Positions 35,842-42,990 of a stretch of 45,095 nucleotides of DNA are shown one piece after another. A program made the translations under genes and the position numbers. Position 1 is the first letter of the stretch. Every line of letters begins with the position of its first letter. The stretch lies in the IMG/VR virus record IMGVR_UViG_3300045988_132337, positions 1 through 45,095 of that record. One strand, written 5' to 3'. Below the pieces are notes generated by a model. It did no database searches, had not been told where the DNA came from, and was given only the letters and a program-made list of their open reading frames with translations. The stretch is from a virus.

Positions 35842-37482
35842 TTATATTCCTAAATCTTTTCTACTGAAAGTTGTTACAGAAGTGTATTTTCCTCTTCCTC
35901 TTACTTCTGAAAGCATCGCCATGCTGTCTGGTGCATCATCATTTTTATTTTTTCCTACAATTTTAAAAGCATATAGATTATTCATAAACAATTGATATTC
36001 TTTATGTCTGCGCCCGTTATCTAAATAGTAAAACTCTCTAATTTCAGGTGCACGTTCAAATATACGCGCTTCTTTTCGCTTATTAGTTGGTGCTGATTTA
36101 CTTGTTATCGTACATTTATAGTCTCTCTGTTTTAATTCTCTTTCTATCCATTCAGCATATTCGCTTCCGCCATTATTAGCTTCAAACTGAACATACTTAA
36201 CATTATTTTTGATAATACAGTCTACAATTAATGGCCTTGTTATAGTTTTATCACCATTATTAAATACTACATCAGGTATGAAATCTCCGTTTTCAGTTTC
36301 TACGCATACTGGTGCTGAAACATAATCACCACCACCCCACGCAACATCGACCGTCATATAATTTCTTACTGGTTCATCAGCTATTACCCCGTTATAGAAA
36401 TTCATTGTATCAGGTGTAAATAGTGCTCCATCACGCTCAATAGGCTCTCCCATGTATTGAGCTTGCCATGATGCCATATCATTATTTCTTTCAAACTGTG
36501 CTCTTAACTGTTTGTAGTAGTCTGTATTAAATCCAACATTATAATCATAATCAAAATTAGATTCGTCGTTTTCATTAAGCGCTGGTAGATTAATTATTTT
36601 AAACCTTACCTTTTTACCTTCTTCATTATTCTGCAAGAAGTCCATCCTTAAACCAGCCGGATCAATTAAACTCCAGCGTGTACCAATCCATATTTTCTTT
36701 GCAGACTGTTTTGTACGAGGTATTAAATTGTTCGTTACCTTTGACCATGCATTCATTAAACGGTCTTTGTTTAACGCTTCTTCAATACCACCGATTAAGT
36801 CATCACTAATTAAATACCCAGAACAGTCACACGCTCCGTTCAATGTTCCATACAACGAACGACACGTTAATGTTGGATAACGTTTCTTTCTATCAATATC
36901 TATGGTTTCCTTTTTAGCATCAGTATTAGCAATACCTGAATTATTAAATACTTTTTTCCAGTTATATGTATAGCTGTCTGTCACTACCTCCAACACACCA
37001 GTATACATAGCACTTGTAATTATAGCTGAGAACGCACTATATAAATTGCTTGCCTCACCATCTCGCCCCATGATCCACGTAATAAACAACATTAATATAG
37101 TTGTTTTCCCAACACGTGGTGGCATACTTACAAATAATTCATCCAGCTCATCATCAGCTAACGCCTGAAGTTCTTCAACTACAACTTTTAATACTTTCCT
37201 CCGCGGTTGATAGAATCGTTCCTCTGGTGGTCTATCAATTTCTAGATAAATTAAATAATCTTCAAAACAGTAAGGTGCACGAAACAATAAAACTTTACGA
37301 TACAGATCATACCATTCTTCACCTTGTTTAACATTTTTAATTACTGCTCTCTTAACCAGTTCACTGCCTTTTCTTATGCTTAGTTCACTTGTCTCTAATC
37401 TGCATAACTCGAAACAGCTGTTTACTATTTCAAAAGAACTTCCTTTTTTCTTTAATGCATTTGATATTTTATCTACATACAA
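35842..37482 (-). CDS. terL: Terminase large subunit
   Basis: Walker A VSMPPRVGKTT, then Walker B/nuclease regions. 546 aa, upstream of the portal gene. Confidence 0.9.
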   Translation of the reverse strand: MYVDKISNALKKKGSSFEIVNSCFELCRLETSELSIRKGSELVKRAVIKNVKQGEEWYDLYRKVLLFRAPYCFEDYLIYLEIDRPPEERFYQPRRKVLKVVVEELQALADDELDELFVSMPPRVGKTTILMLFITWIMGRDGEASNLYSAFSAIITSAMYTGVLEVVTDSYTYNWKKVFNNSGIANTDAKKETIDIDRKKRYPTLTCRSLYGTLNGACDCSGYLISDDLIGGIEEALNKDRLMNAWSKVTNNLIPRTKQSAKKIWIGTRWSLIDPAGLRMDFLQNNEEGKKVRFKIINLPALNENDESNFDYDYNVGFNTDYYKQLRAQFERNNDMASWQAQYMGEPIERDGALFTPDTMNFYNGVIADEPVRNYMTVDVAWGGGDYVSAPVCVETENGDFIPDVVFNNGDKTITRPLIVDCIIKNNVKYVQFEANNGGSEYAEWIERELKQRDYKCTITSKSAPTNKRKEARIFERAPEIREFYYLDNGRRHKEYQLFMNNLYAFKIVGKNKNDDAPDSMAMLSEVRGRGKYTSVTTFSRKDLGI

Positions 37483-37621
37483 TATAAAAACCCCTTTCCA
37501 TTACGGCTCAGGGGCTCTAATGTGTGACTGCGTTAATTTGCTACGCAAACCAAACCACTCTCCCTTGCAGTCTGTTTTTTTTGTTTGGGAGTTTTTTCGA
37601 TATCTTTAGGATACTTTAATT

Positions 37622-37805
37622 TTATACCTTTTTTTTATTACTTTCAACACCTCGTATGTATCCTAGTGCATAAGCACTAGACACCAACTCTGTATTACTT
37701 TTCGATTTCCTATTTAAAATTAGTATTTCATCCACCATAAGACTACTATCTGTTTTAAATACTTTCTTAGCTTTTTTTAATAATATCAATTAATTTTGAT
37801 TCCAT
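37622..37805 (-). pseudogene. Small gene of about 60 codons, interrupted by a 1-nt frame change in an A7 tract (37772..37778)
   Basis: GGAGGAA-N7-ATG gives MESKLIDIIKK, then the A7 run and a stop two codons later. The +1 frame continues as AKKVFKTDSSLMVDEILILNRKSKSNTELVSSAYALGYIRGVESNKKKV and ends at TAA 37624..37622. Confidence 0.4.
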
Positions 37806-37904
37806 TTTCTTGTTCCTCCATTTAATCTTAGAGGCACTTGTTAAAAGGTAGACAATTTACCTTTTATGTATTATAATACAAGTGCCTGATGGTGACATTC
37901 GTCT

Positions 37905-38657
37905 CTAATCTTGTCGGATTAACGAATGTCTTTTTTTATATTCATTTTTAAATAATGATTGTTGCTCATATCCCATGATGCCAGCTAAAGTAGCTCCACT
38001 AGGATACCAGTTATTAATATAAGCTATAACCTTCTCAAGGTCTTTCTTTAAAATATAATTATATTGTGTTACCCCAGCAATAATGGTTGCATCATGTTTG
38101 ATTTCATTAAATAATTTTCTTCTTTGCTTATTGTTTACAATTAAATTGTTTTCGCTAATAACTTTCTTAATTCTCGACTTCACTTCTCTGCTAATTAAAT
38201 TGCACTCAGATGGTGTTATTGGTAAATCACCTTCAAGCAGATCTAATCTTCTGTCGTGCTCTTTCAATTTGATTTCAGACTGAATCATGAATTGAAGCTC
38301 AGGTGAAAGATTGTGTAGTTGTAATTGGGTATCACGAGCAGTGTTTTCCACAGTTACATAGTAATCTCTCGCCTCTTTCCCCCTAGCTGAATGAGATTCC
38401 ATAGACAAATGTTTAGCAAAGTCAGTTGTCAGCTTATAATCTTTGCATTTATTACCGTTCACCATGATGGTGAACCCCCACCAATCCTTGTTTTCTTCAT
38501 AAAATACATTGTTCTCAATATTCTTTTTAGCCCATCTTTGAAAATGTGCTTTATTCATTTCTAAAAACTCATACAACTTCCTGGCAGTTGTCATACCTTG
38601 TTCATCAATACCTAAAGCAATTTCGATAGGTGTTTGATTCGTTACTACTAATTCCAT
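37905..38657 (-). CDS. Antirepressor (AntA/AntB N-terminal domain, ORF6C-like C-terminal domain)
   Basis: ARKLYEFLEMNKAHFQRWAKKNI...DYKLTTDFAKHLSMESHSARGKEARDYYVTVE matches the AntA signature. The C-terminus ...VTQYNYILKKDLEKVIAYINNWYP parallels that of 12642..13373. Confidence 0.75.
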   Translation of the reverse strand: MELVVTNQTPIEIALGIDEQGMTTARKLYEFLEMNKAHFQRWAKKNIENNVFYEENKDWWGFTIMVNGNKCKDYKLTTDFAKHLSMESHSARGKEARDYYVTVENTARDTQLQLHNLSPELQFMIQSEIKLKEHDRRLDLLEGDLPITPSECNLISREVKSRIKKVISENNLIVNNKQRRKLFNEIKHDATIIAGVTQYNYILKKDLEKVIAYINNWYPSGATLAGIMGYEQQSLFKNEYKKRHSLIRQD

Positions 38658-38659
38658 CT

Positions 38660-38800
38660 CTATTCCCCTTTCTTTGCTAAGTCTTTTTTAATTAAAGTTG
38701 TAATGCAACCTTTGATAGTTTGACCATTTTCAGCACTTCTTATTTTAATTTGCTTATGTAGTCCGCTATCAATTTTAAAGATTAAATTCTTTTCTGCCAT
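38660..38800 (-). CDS. Ribbon-helix-helix (Arc/CopG-like) protein, 46 aa
   Basis: Manual ORF behind GGAGGTG: MAEKNLIFKIDSGLHKQIKIRSAENGQTIKGCITTLIKKDLAKKGE, a beta-strand plus two helices. It is translationally coupled to the antirepressor gene. Confidence 0.55.
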   Translation of the reverse strand: MAEKNLIFKIDSGLHKQIKIRSAENGQTIKGCITTLIKKDLAKKGE

Positions 38801-38827
38801 ATTCATCACCTCCAAATTACATTTATA

Positions 38828-38857
38828 ACTATATCATGATTATATATTGCTTGTAAA
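38828..38857 (-). promoter_or_regulatory. Candidate promoter of the RHH-antirepressor operon: TTTACA-18 nt-TATAGT
   Basis: Read on the minus strand. The 8-bp palindrome ATCATGAT lies in the spacer. Confidence 0.4.
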
Positions 38858-38934
38858 TAATATTTAACTATTTTGTTGTTTTGTGTATTAAAAATTATAT
38901 TTTTATTATATAATATTACTGAGGAGGAATTATA

Positions 38935-39474
38935 ATGGATAGTAAAATTATTTCGTTAAAAATAAAAGAAATAAGAAATATTTTAAACTTAACTCAAAAA
39001 GATTTTGGTAAACTGATAAATGTAGCACAAACTACACTTTCCTCATACGAAAATAATTCGCAAACACCTAATATAGAAACGTTATACAATATTGCAGAAA
39101 AGTGTAATGTATCCATAGATTGGTTATGTGGAAGAGAAGATTTAATGAATGTTAGACTTAATACATATGCTGATATTTTTAAAGTTTTAAGTGATGTTAT
39201 ATTAACGAATGAAGGATTTACCTCAATTATAAATCTAAAAGGACTTGATGCGGGACTTTTAGCCTTTAATGATATAAAAATAAATAAATTCTTAATTGAC
39301 TATTCTAAAATGTACAAATTATTAAATGAAAATGTTATTGAAAAAGATATGTTTGATACCTGGTTAAATGGAAAAATAGATAATGAAAAAAATAATATTA
39401 TAAACTACAATAATATTGATCCTATCTTTGCCTATAGTCTTTTTGAATATGAACATGATTTTAACGGTGAATAA
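38935..39474 (+). CDS. XRE-family HTH regulator with a C-terminal domain of about 110 aa (second repressor)
   Basis: LNLTQKDFGKLINVAQTTLSSYENNSQTPNIETLYNIAEKCNVSIDWL is a classic HTH_3. It is divergent from the RHH-antirepressor operon. Confidence 0.75.
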   Translation: MDSKIISLKIKEIRNILNLTQKDFGKLINVAQTTLSSYENNSQTPNIETLYNIAEKCNVSIDWLCGREDLMNVRLNTYADIFKVLSDVILTNEGFTSIINLKGLDAGLLAFNDIKINKFLIDYSKMYKLLNENVIEKDMFDTWLNGKIDNEKNNIINYNNIDPIFAYSLFEYEHDFNGE

Positions 39475-39510
39475 AAAGCCCCTTACTCATTAGAGTTGGG
39501 GGTTTTTATT
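39473..39510. terminator. Bidirectional terminator between the XRE gene and the lipoprotein gene
   Basis: AAAAAG CCCC tt ACTC atta GAGT t GGGG GTTTTTATTT. Confidence 0.5.
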
Positions 39511-39698
39511 TACCATTCGTTAATTTCATTGATTTTCTTTTGTGCTTCTTCATTTAATTTTCTCTGTTCATCAGCGTATTTTTTACTTTCTTCCGATATT
39601 TTTTCTGATCTTTCTATTTGTTCCTTGTATTCATTATTAGATTCTTTACATCCTACAAAAACAAAGCACAACAGCAATACCAATATTATTTTTTTCAT
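39510..39698 (-). CDS. Small secreted lipoprotein, 62 aa
   Basis: The signal peptide MKKIILVLLLCFVFVGC carries a lipobox. The mature part is charged and coiled-coil. It has its own consensus promoter and the RBS GGGGAGGG. Confidence 0.7.
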   Translation of the reverse strand: MKKIILVLLLCFVFVGCKESNNEYKEQIERSEKISEESKKYADEQRKLNEEAQKKINEINEW

Positions 39699-39727
39699 TT
39701 TATCCCTCCCCTAATTATTCTTCTCTA

Positions 39728-39756
39728 ATTATAAAATATTGATTGGTGTTTTTCAA
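39728..39756 (-). promoter_or_regulatory. Near-consensus sigma-A promoter TTGAAA-17 nt-TATAAT for the lipoprotein gene
   Basis: The minus strand reads TTGAAAaacaccaatcaatatttTATAAT, about 30 nt upstream of the ATG. Confidence 0.65.
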
Positions 39757-39787
39757 TTTATAATATGAGATTAATTTCTTAATATTT

Positions 39788-40357
39788 TCAACCCCTGACA
39801 TAATTATAATACGTACGCTTACCAATACCGACTTCTCTACATGCTTCGGTTACCTTACTACCATTATTAACCATTTTAATTACTTCGTCGACTTTCATCT
39901 TTACATCAGGTCTACCAAACTTAACACCACGCTTTTTAGCCGATTCAATCCCCTCTCTTTGTCTCTCTAATGTTGTGATTCTTTCTTGTTCAGCTACAGA
40001 ACTCAAAACCTCCAGTATTATATTATTAATCATTTCAATAACCCATTGTTGCCCGTCTAGTTCAATTAGTGTCGTAGGCATATTTAAAATTCTTAAAATG
40101 ACACCTTTTTCTTTGAAATAATTAAATTCTCTTATTGTATCTCTCTTATTCCTAGAAAGTCTATCCAGTGCATGAATATAGATTACATCACCAGCTGCTA
40201 CTACTTCTTTTAGTTTTTGATAATTTTCTCTATTGGTATTTTTTCCGCTTAGTTTATCACTATAGATATTTTTAACATCAACATACTTGGTTAGACTATC
40301 AATTTGTCTATCCAATTTTTGCTCTTTAGTTGATACACGAGCATAACCGTAAATCAT
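39788..40357 (-). CDS. Small serine recombinase (resolvase/invertase family), 189 aa
   Basis: The N-terminal MIYGYARVSTKEQ contains the catalytic Ser. It also has DRLSRN and a C-terminal HTH (KVTEACREVGIGKRTYYNY). Confidence 0.9.
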   Translation of the reverse strand: MIYGYARVSTKEQKLDRQIDSLTKYVDVKNIYSDKLSGKNTNRENYQKLKEVVAAGDVIYIHALDRLSRNKRDTIREFNYFKEKGVILRILNMPTTLIELDGQQWVIEMINNIILEVLSSVAEQERITTLERQREGIESAKKRGVKFGRPDVKMKVDEVIKMVNNGSKVTEACREVGIGKRTYYNYVRG

Positions 40358-40359
40358 AT

Positions 40360-40602
40360 CTATTCCTCCTCATTGTTTAATATTACTGATCTTGATACTT
40401 TATCACTTCCGTTTTTAGGTCTTAAAACAACTTCATATCCCAATGCATCCATAATATTTACTAATGTTTCTATTTTTGGATTATTTGCTCTCAACACCGT
40501 GTTAAGACTACTTGGTCTGGCATAACCCATTTTTTCACTCAATACTTTTTGTGTCATGTGTTCTTGTTTAAGAATCTTTTTTATTGCTTGTTTTGTTTTC
40601 AT
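40360..40602 (-). CDS. XRE-like HTH protein, 80 aa, co-transcribed with the recombinase
   Basis: MTQKVLSEKMGYARPSSLNTVLRANNPKIETLVNIMDALGYEV. Its stop is 2 nt from the recombinase start. Confidence 0.7.
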   Translation of the reverse strand: MKTKQAIKKILKQEHMTQKVLSEKMGYARPSSLNTVLRANNPKIETLVNIMDALGYEVVLRPKNGSDKVSRSVILNNEEE

Positions 40603-40619
40603 TTTATCACCTCAAATAT

Positions 40620-40648
40620 ATTATACTTATTTATGCGTTTATTTTCAA
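40620..40648 (-). promoter_or_regulatory. Near-consensus promoter TTGAAA-17 nt-TATAAT for the HTH-recombinase operon, with ATAAATAAGTAT repeats
   Basis: The minus strand reads cttATAAATAAGTATTGAAAataaacgcATAAATAAGTATAAT. The 12-mer occurs twice, overlapping the -35 and -10 elements. Confidence 0.65.
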
Positions 40649-40714
40649 TACTTATTTATAAGTCTTTTTTATTTTTCGGGTGGAGAAGGACATCAGATAT
40701 ACTATATATACACT

Positions 40715-40734
40715 AAAAAACACCCCTAGGGGTG
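40715..40734 (-). terminator. Palindrome CACCCCTAGGGGTG followed by a T6 run on the minus strand
   Basis: The plus strand reads AAAAAACACCCCTAGGGGTG. It would stop minus-strand read-through before the recombinase promoter. Confidence 0.45.
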
Positions 40735-40790
40735 CATAAAAGTGGTTTTTATTGCACATTTTAATTATACTTATATATACGTTTTAATCG

Positions 40791-40819
40791 TTGATAAAAT
40801 ACTCGTTTGTACGTATAAT
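40791..40819 (+). promoter_or_regulatory. Near-consensus promoter TTGATA-17 nt-TATAAT for the plus-strand island operon
   Basis: TTGATAaaatactcgtttgtacgTATAAT. The leader contains the hairpin GGTAAGT taatt ACTTACC. Confidence 0.6.
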
Positions 40820-40882
40820 AATAGTGTGGTAAGTTAATTACTTACCCGTAAGTATTTTAAAAAGTAAAGGAGGTGATCAACG

Positions 40883-40990
40883 ATGGCAATAAAAAAAGAA
40901 GTAGAGCTATATAAAGAATGGTGCAACACTCTAGGGCTTAAACCTTACGAAGGTAGAAACCTGATAGCTTACTTCAACGCTAATATGTAG
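40883..40990 (+). CDS. Small ORF, 35 aa
   Basis: AAAGGAGGTG-N7-ATG gives MAIKKEVELYKEWCNTLGLKPYEGRNLIAYFNANM. It is followed by the hairpin GTAGGGGCT tatat AGCCCTTAC. Confidence 0.45.
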   Translation: MAIKKEVELYKEWCNTLGLKPYEGRNLIAYFNANM

Positions 40991-41065
40991 GGGCTTATAT
41001 AGCCCTTACATACATAGTATACCATAAACAATTAAATATATAAAGAATATCAGGAGGATAGAAAC

Positions 41066-41764
41066 ATGGAAAACTTAACTATTGAAGAAATTGAAGCATT
41101 ATCTATTGATGAAGTAAAAACTATTACTTTAGAAAAACTATACGTAAAAGGATTTGATATTTATTTAGTTGATCTGGGTGAGTATTTTGGTTACTCTGCA
41201 TTAGTTTTTAAAGATAATCACCACGTTTATTTTGCAAATTTATATGAACTGCACTATAGATACAATAGTCCAACTCATGAACAGTTAAAGAAAAAATATA
41301 TTAGTTTACTAAATAATAAATTGTTTACAGATGAAGAACTAACAACGGTAAAAGATCACGAAGACTATGAGAAGAAAACCTATTTTATTAGAAATTATAT
41401 GTCACAAGAGTATGATTGTTTAACAGCTTTCTGTATTAACGGAATATATAAAGGTAAAGACAAGGAAAAATACGAAAGCGGCGAATATACTGCTTATAGC
41501 AATATTGCTTTCGCTTATTTTAAGGATAACAGTTATCAGAATAGGGCGAAACCATTAATTAGTAAATTAGAAAGATCATACAAAGAAGCCATGGAAAATA
41601 TTGATAATTTTAAAGAAGCGGTAAAACAGGCTTTATATAATTATGAGGCATGTATTACTTGCGAATATGAAACGGCTTTAGAATCCTTGGGGTTGGTTTT
41701 TGAAAATCTACCAAAAAATAAACAAATGGTAGTTATAGAAACATTTAAAGAAGTTACAGCATAA
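41066..41764 (+). CDS. Hypothetical protein, 232 aa; no recognisable motif
   Basis: ORF behind the RBS AGGAGGA. It is the main product of the plus-strand island operon. Confidence 0.7.
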   Translation: MENLTIEEIEALSIDEVKTITLEKLYVKGFDIYLVDLGEYFGYSALVFKDNHHVYFANLYELHYRYNSPTHEQLKKKYISLLNNKLFTDEELTTVKDHEDYEKKTYFIRNYMSQEYDCLTAFCINGIYKGKDKEKYESGEYTAYSNIAFAYFKDNSYQNRAKPLISKLERSYKEAMENIDNFKEAVKQALYNYEACITCEYETALESLGLVFENLPKNKQMVVIETFKEVTA

Positions 41765-41869
41765 AAGCGATAACAAAACAATGGAACTATACATAATTAG
41801 AACGTTTTACCGTTTGCACCTGATAGATCTAAAAACCGCTTTAACCCTAAGCAAGGGGGTGAAATATTA

Positions 41870-41971
41870 ATGCTTTGGTTAATTAAAGTAATGTTCAACA
41901 TAGCATTTAATATAATATTAGCGCCTATAACATTTATAAAAGTATTTGCATTATGTGCTAAAAGAAGATAG
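41870..41971 (+). CDS. 33-aa hydrophobic peptide with a basic C-terminus; type I toxin-like or small membrane peptide
   Basis: AAGGGGGTG-N8-ATG gives MLWLIKVMFNIAFNIILAPITFIKVFALCAKRR. The stop is embedded in an intrinsic terminator. Confidence 0.5.
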   Translation: MLWLIKVMFNIAFNIILAPITFIKVFALCAKRR

Positions 41972-41990
41972 CTATTAAGCTATCTTTTTT
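41965..41990 (+). terminator. Intrinsic terminator AAGATAGC tattaa GCTATCTT TTTT
   Basis: Perfect 8-bp stem followed by a T run. Confidence 0.65.
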
Positions 41991-42010
41991 ATTAGCTAAA
42001 TAAAATAACT

Positions 42011-42040
42011 AAAAAATACGTCGTATAAGCGGCGTTTTTT
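42011..42040. terminator. Second, bidirectional terminator AAAAAAT ACGTCG tataag CGGCGT TTTTT
   Basis: 6-bp stem with one G-U pair, flanked by A6 and T6 runs. Its loop and 3' arm (CGTATAAGCG, 42022..42031) are complementary to 42077..42086. Confidence 0.55.
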
Positions 42041-42323
42041 ATTTACCCTACAAATATAACCATTTATCACAAACAACGCTTATACGCTAAATTATAGTTA
42101 TTCAGCCAAATACACACTTCTTTATATACTTATATAAATCATTCCTAGCCACTATATGAGTTGTTTAACATTCTTACTATATTTTATGCCTTTGTACATA
42201 AAACAGCCCCTACAGTAACAAAAAAATAATAAAAACGCGAATTTAACAACCATTTTAGTCACACACTAAATAAATACTAAGCTGAAATCCCCTATTAATG
42301 CGTTTCTGTCAAATTTTGGGTAC

Positions 42324-42347
42324 AAAAAAACGGAAATTAATCCGTTT
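42324..42347 (-). terminator. Intrinsic terminator overlapping the terS stop codon
   Basis: The minus strand reads AAACGGA ttaatt TCCGTTT TTTTGTA. The stop TAA at 42339..42337 lies in the loop. Confidence 0.6.
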
Positions 42348-42990
42348 CTATTACATCAGCTTCAATTATTTCTAAAAGTTCATCGGCTGTTTTAGTTTCA
42401 CCTAGGTTATTTTCATGTTTAACGATACTTTCGGTCTGATCTTTCATGCCGTAGTAGTTTTTTGCTCTGAAAATATACGCCACTGGGTTCATCTTACCGT
42501 TTATTAATAAATTGGCATCAAAATCAGACAATAATTGACGAATTCTTTTTGCTAAGTCAAACCTATCAAACTCCGATTTACTATCTTTTTCACTCCAATT
42601 ATACAATGTTTGAGTAGTTGTACCGATTGCAAGTGCACACCCTTCCAGAGTTGGTTTTAATTGATTTTTGTAGCAGTCGTTAAAATAAAATTCAATACGT
42701 TGTGCTATTTCTTCGTCATTCTTAGCCATTGGTACATTCCAGTATTTGAATGCGTGTTCTAAAAGTTTAGCATTTATCGGATCACTGATACTAGAAAGTG
42801 ATGGCGTATTAGAACGTTCGCCGCCACGGGTTTCGTTTTGATTAATCGGTGACGTAGTACCGTTTATTTTTGCCTTAGTTCTAGCAATATCATTTAGTGT
42901 ATAGAGTTTATCAGGGTCTACATCGATATTTAAAGATTCAGCTTTATTTAAAAGTGCTTCTTTAGTTCTTGGTTTATGTTTTCTAGTCAT
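42337..42990 (-). CDS. terS: Terminase small subunit
   Basis: ...YFNDCYKNQLKPTLEGCALAIGTTTQTLYNWSE...NPVAYIFRAKNYYGMKDQTE matches the typical Firmicute phage TerS pattern (PT..GLA..LG...TL..W ... NP.GAIF.LKN.FGW.D). The likely start is MTRKHK at 42990. Confidence 0.75.
   Translation of the reverse strand: MTRKHKPRTKEALLNKAESLNIDVDPDKLYTLNDIARTKAKINGTTSPINQNETRGGERSNTPSLSSISDPINAKLLEHAFKYWNVPMAKNDEEIAQRIEFYFNDCYKNQLKPTLEGCALAIGTTTQTLYNWSEKDSKSEFDRFDLAKRIRQLLSDFDANLLINGKMNPVAYIFRAKNYYGMKDQTESIVKHENNLGETKTADELLEIIEADVIETD

Noticed and set aside
35657-35995. Plus-strand 112-aa ORF across the terL end
   Set aside because: It is antisense to the terL 3' end. The intergenic part is better explained by a co-oriented 49-aa zinc-ribbon ORF and a terminator.
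38801-38934. LexA (Cheo) box controlling the antirepressor operons
   Set aside because: No GAAC-N4-GTTC-type sequence occurs in this control region or in 13383..13432 and 13661..13815.
39699-40882. Hin/Gin-type hix/gix sites (TTATCAAAAACC..GGTTTTTGATAA-like) flanking an invertible segment
   Set aside because: I found no match to the invertase consensus near the recombinase gene or in the tail-fibre genes. Only short AT-rich ATACTTA repeats are present. Those are reported separately with low certainty.
42337-42990. Doubt about the terS call: the true small terminase might be the small gene just upstream of terL, given how far 42337..42990 lies from terL
   Set aside because: The 42337..42990 product carries the characteristic TerS pattern (PTLEG.ALAIG...TLYNW ... 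NPVAYIFRAKNYYGMKD). The small ORF at 37622..37805 is frameshifted and has no such motif.
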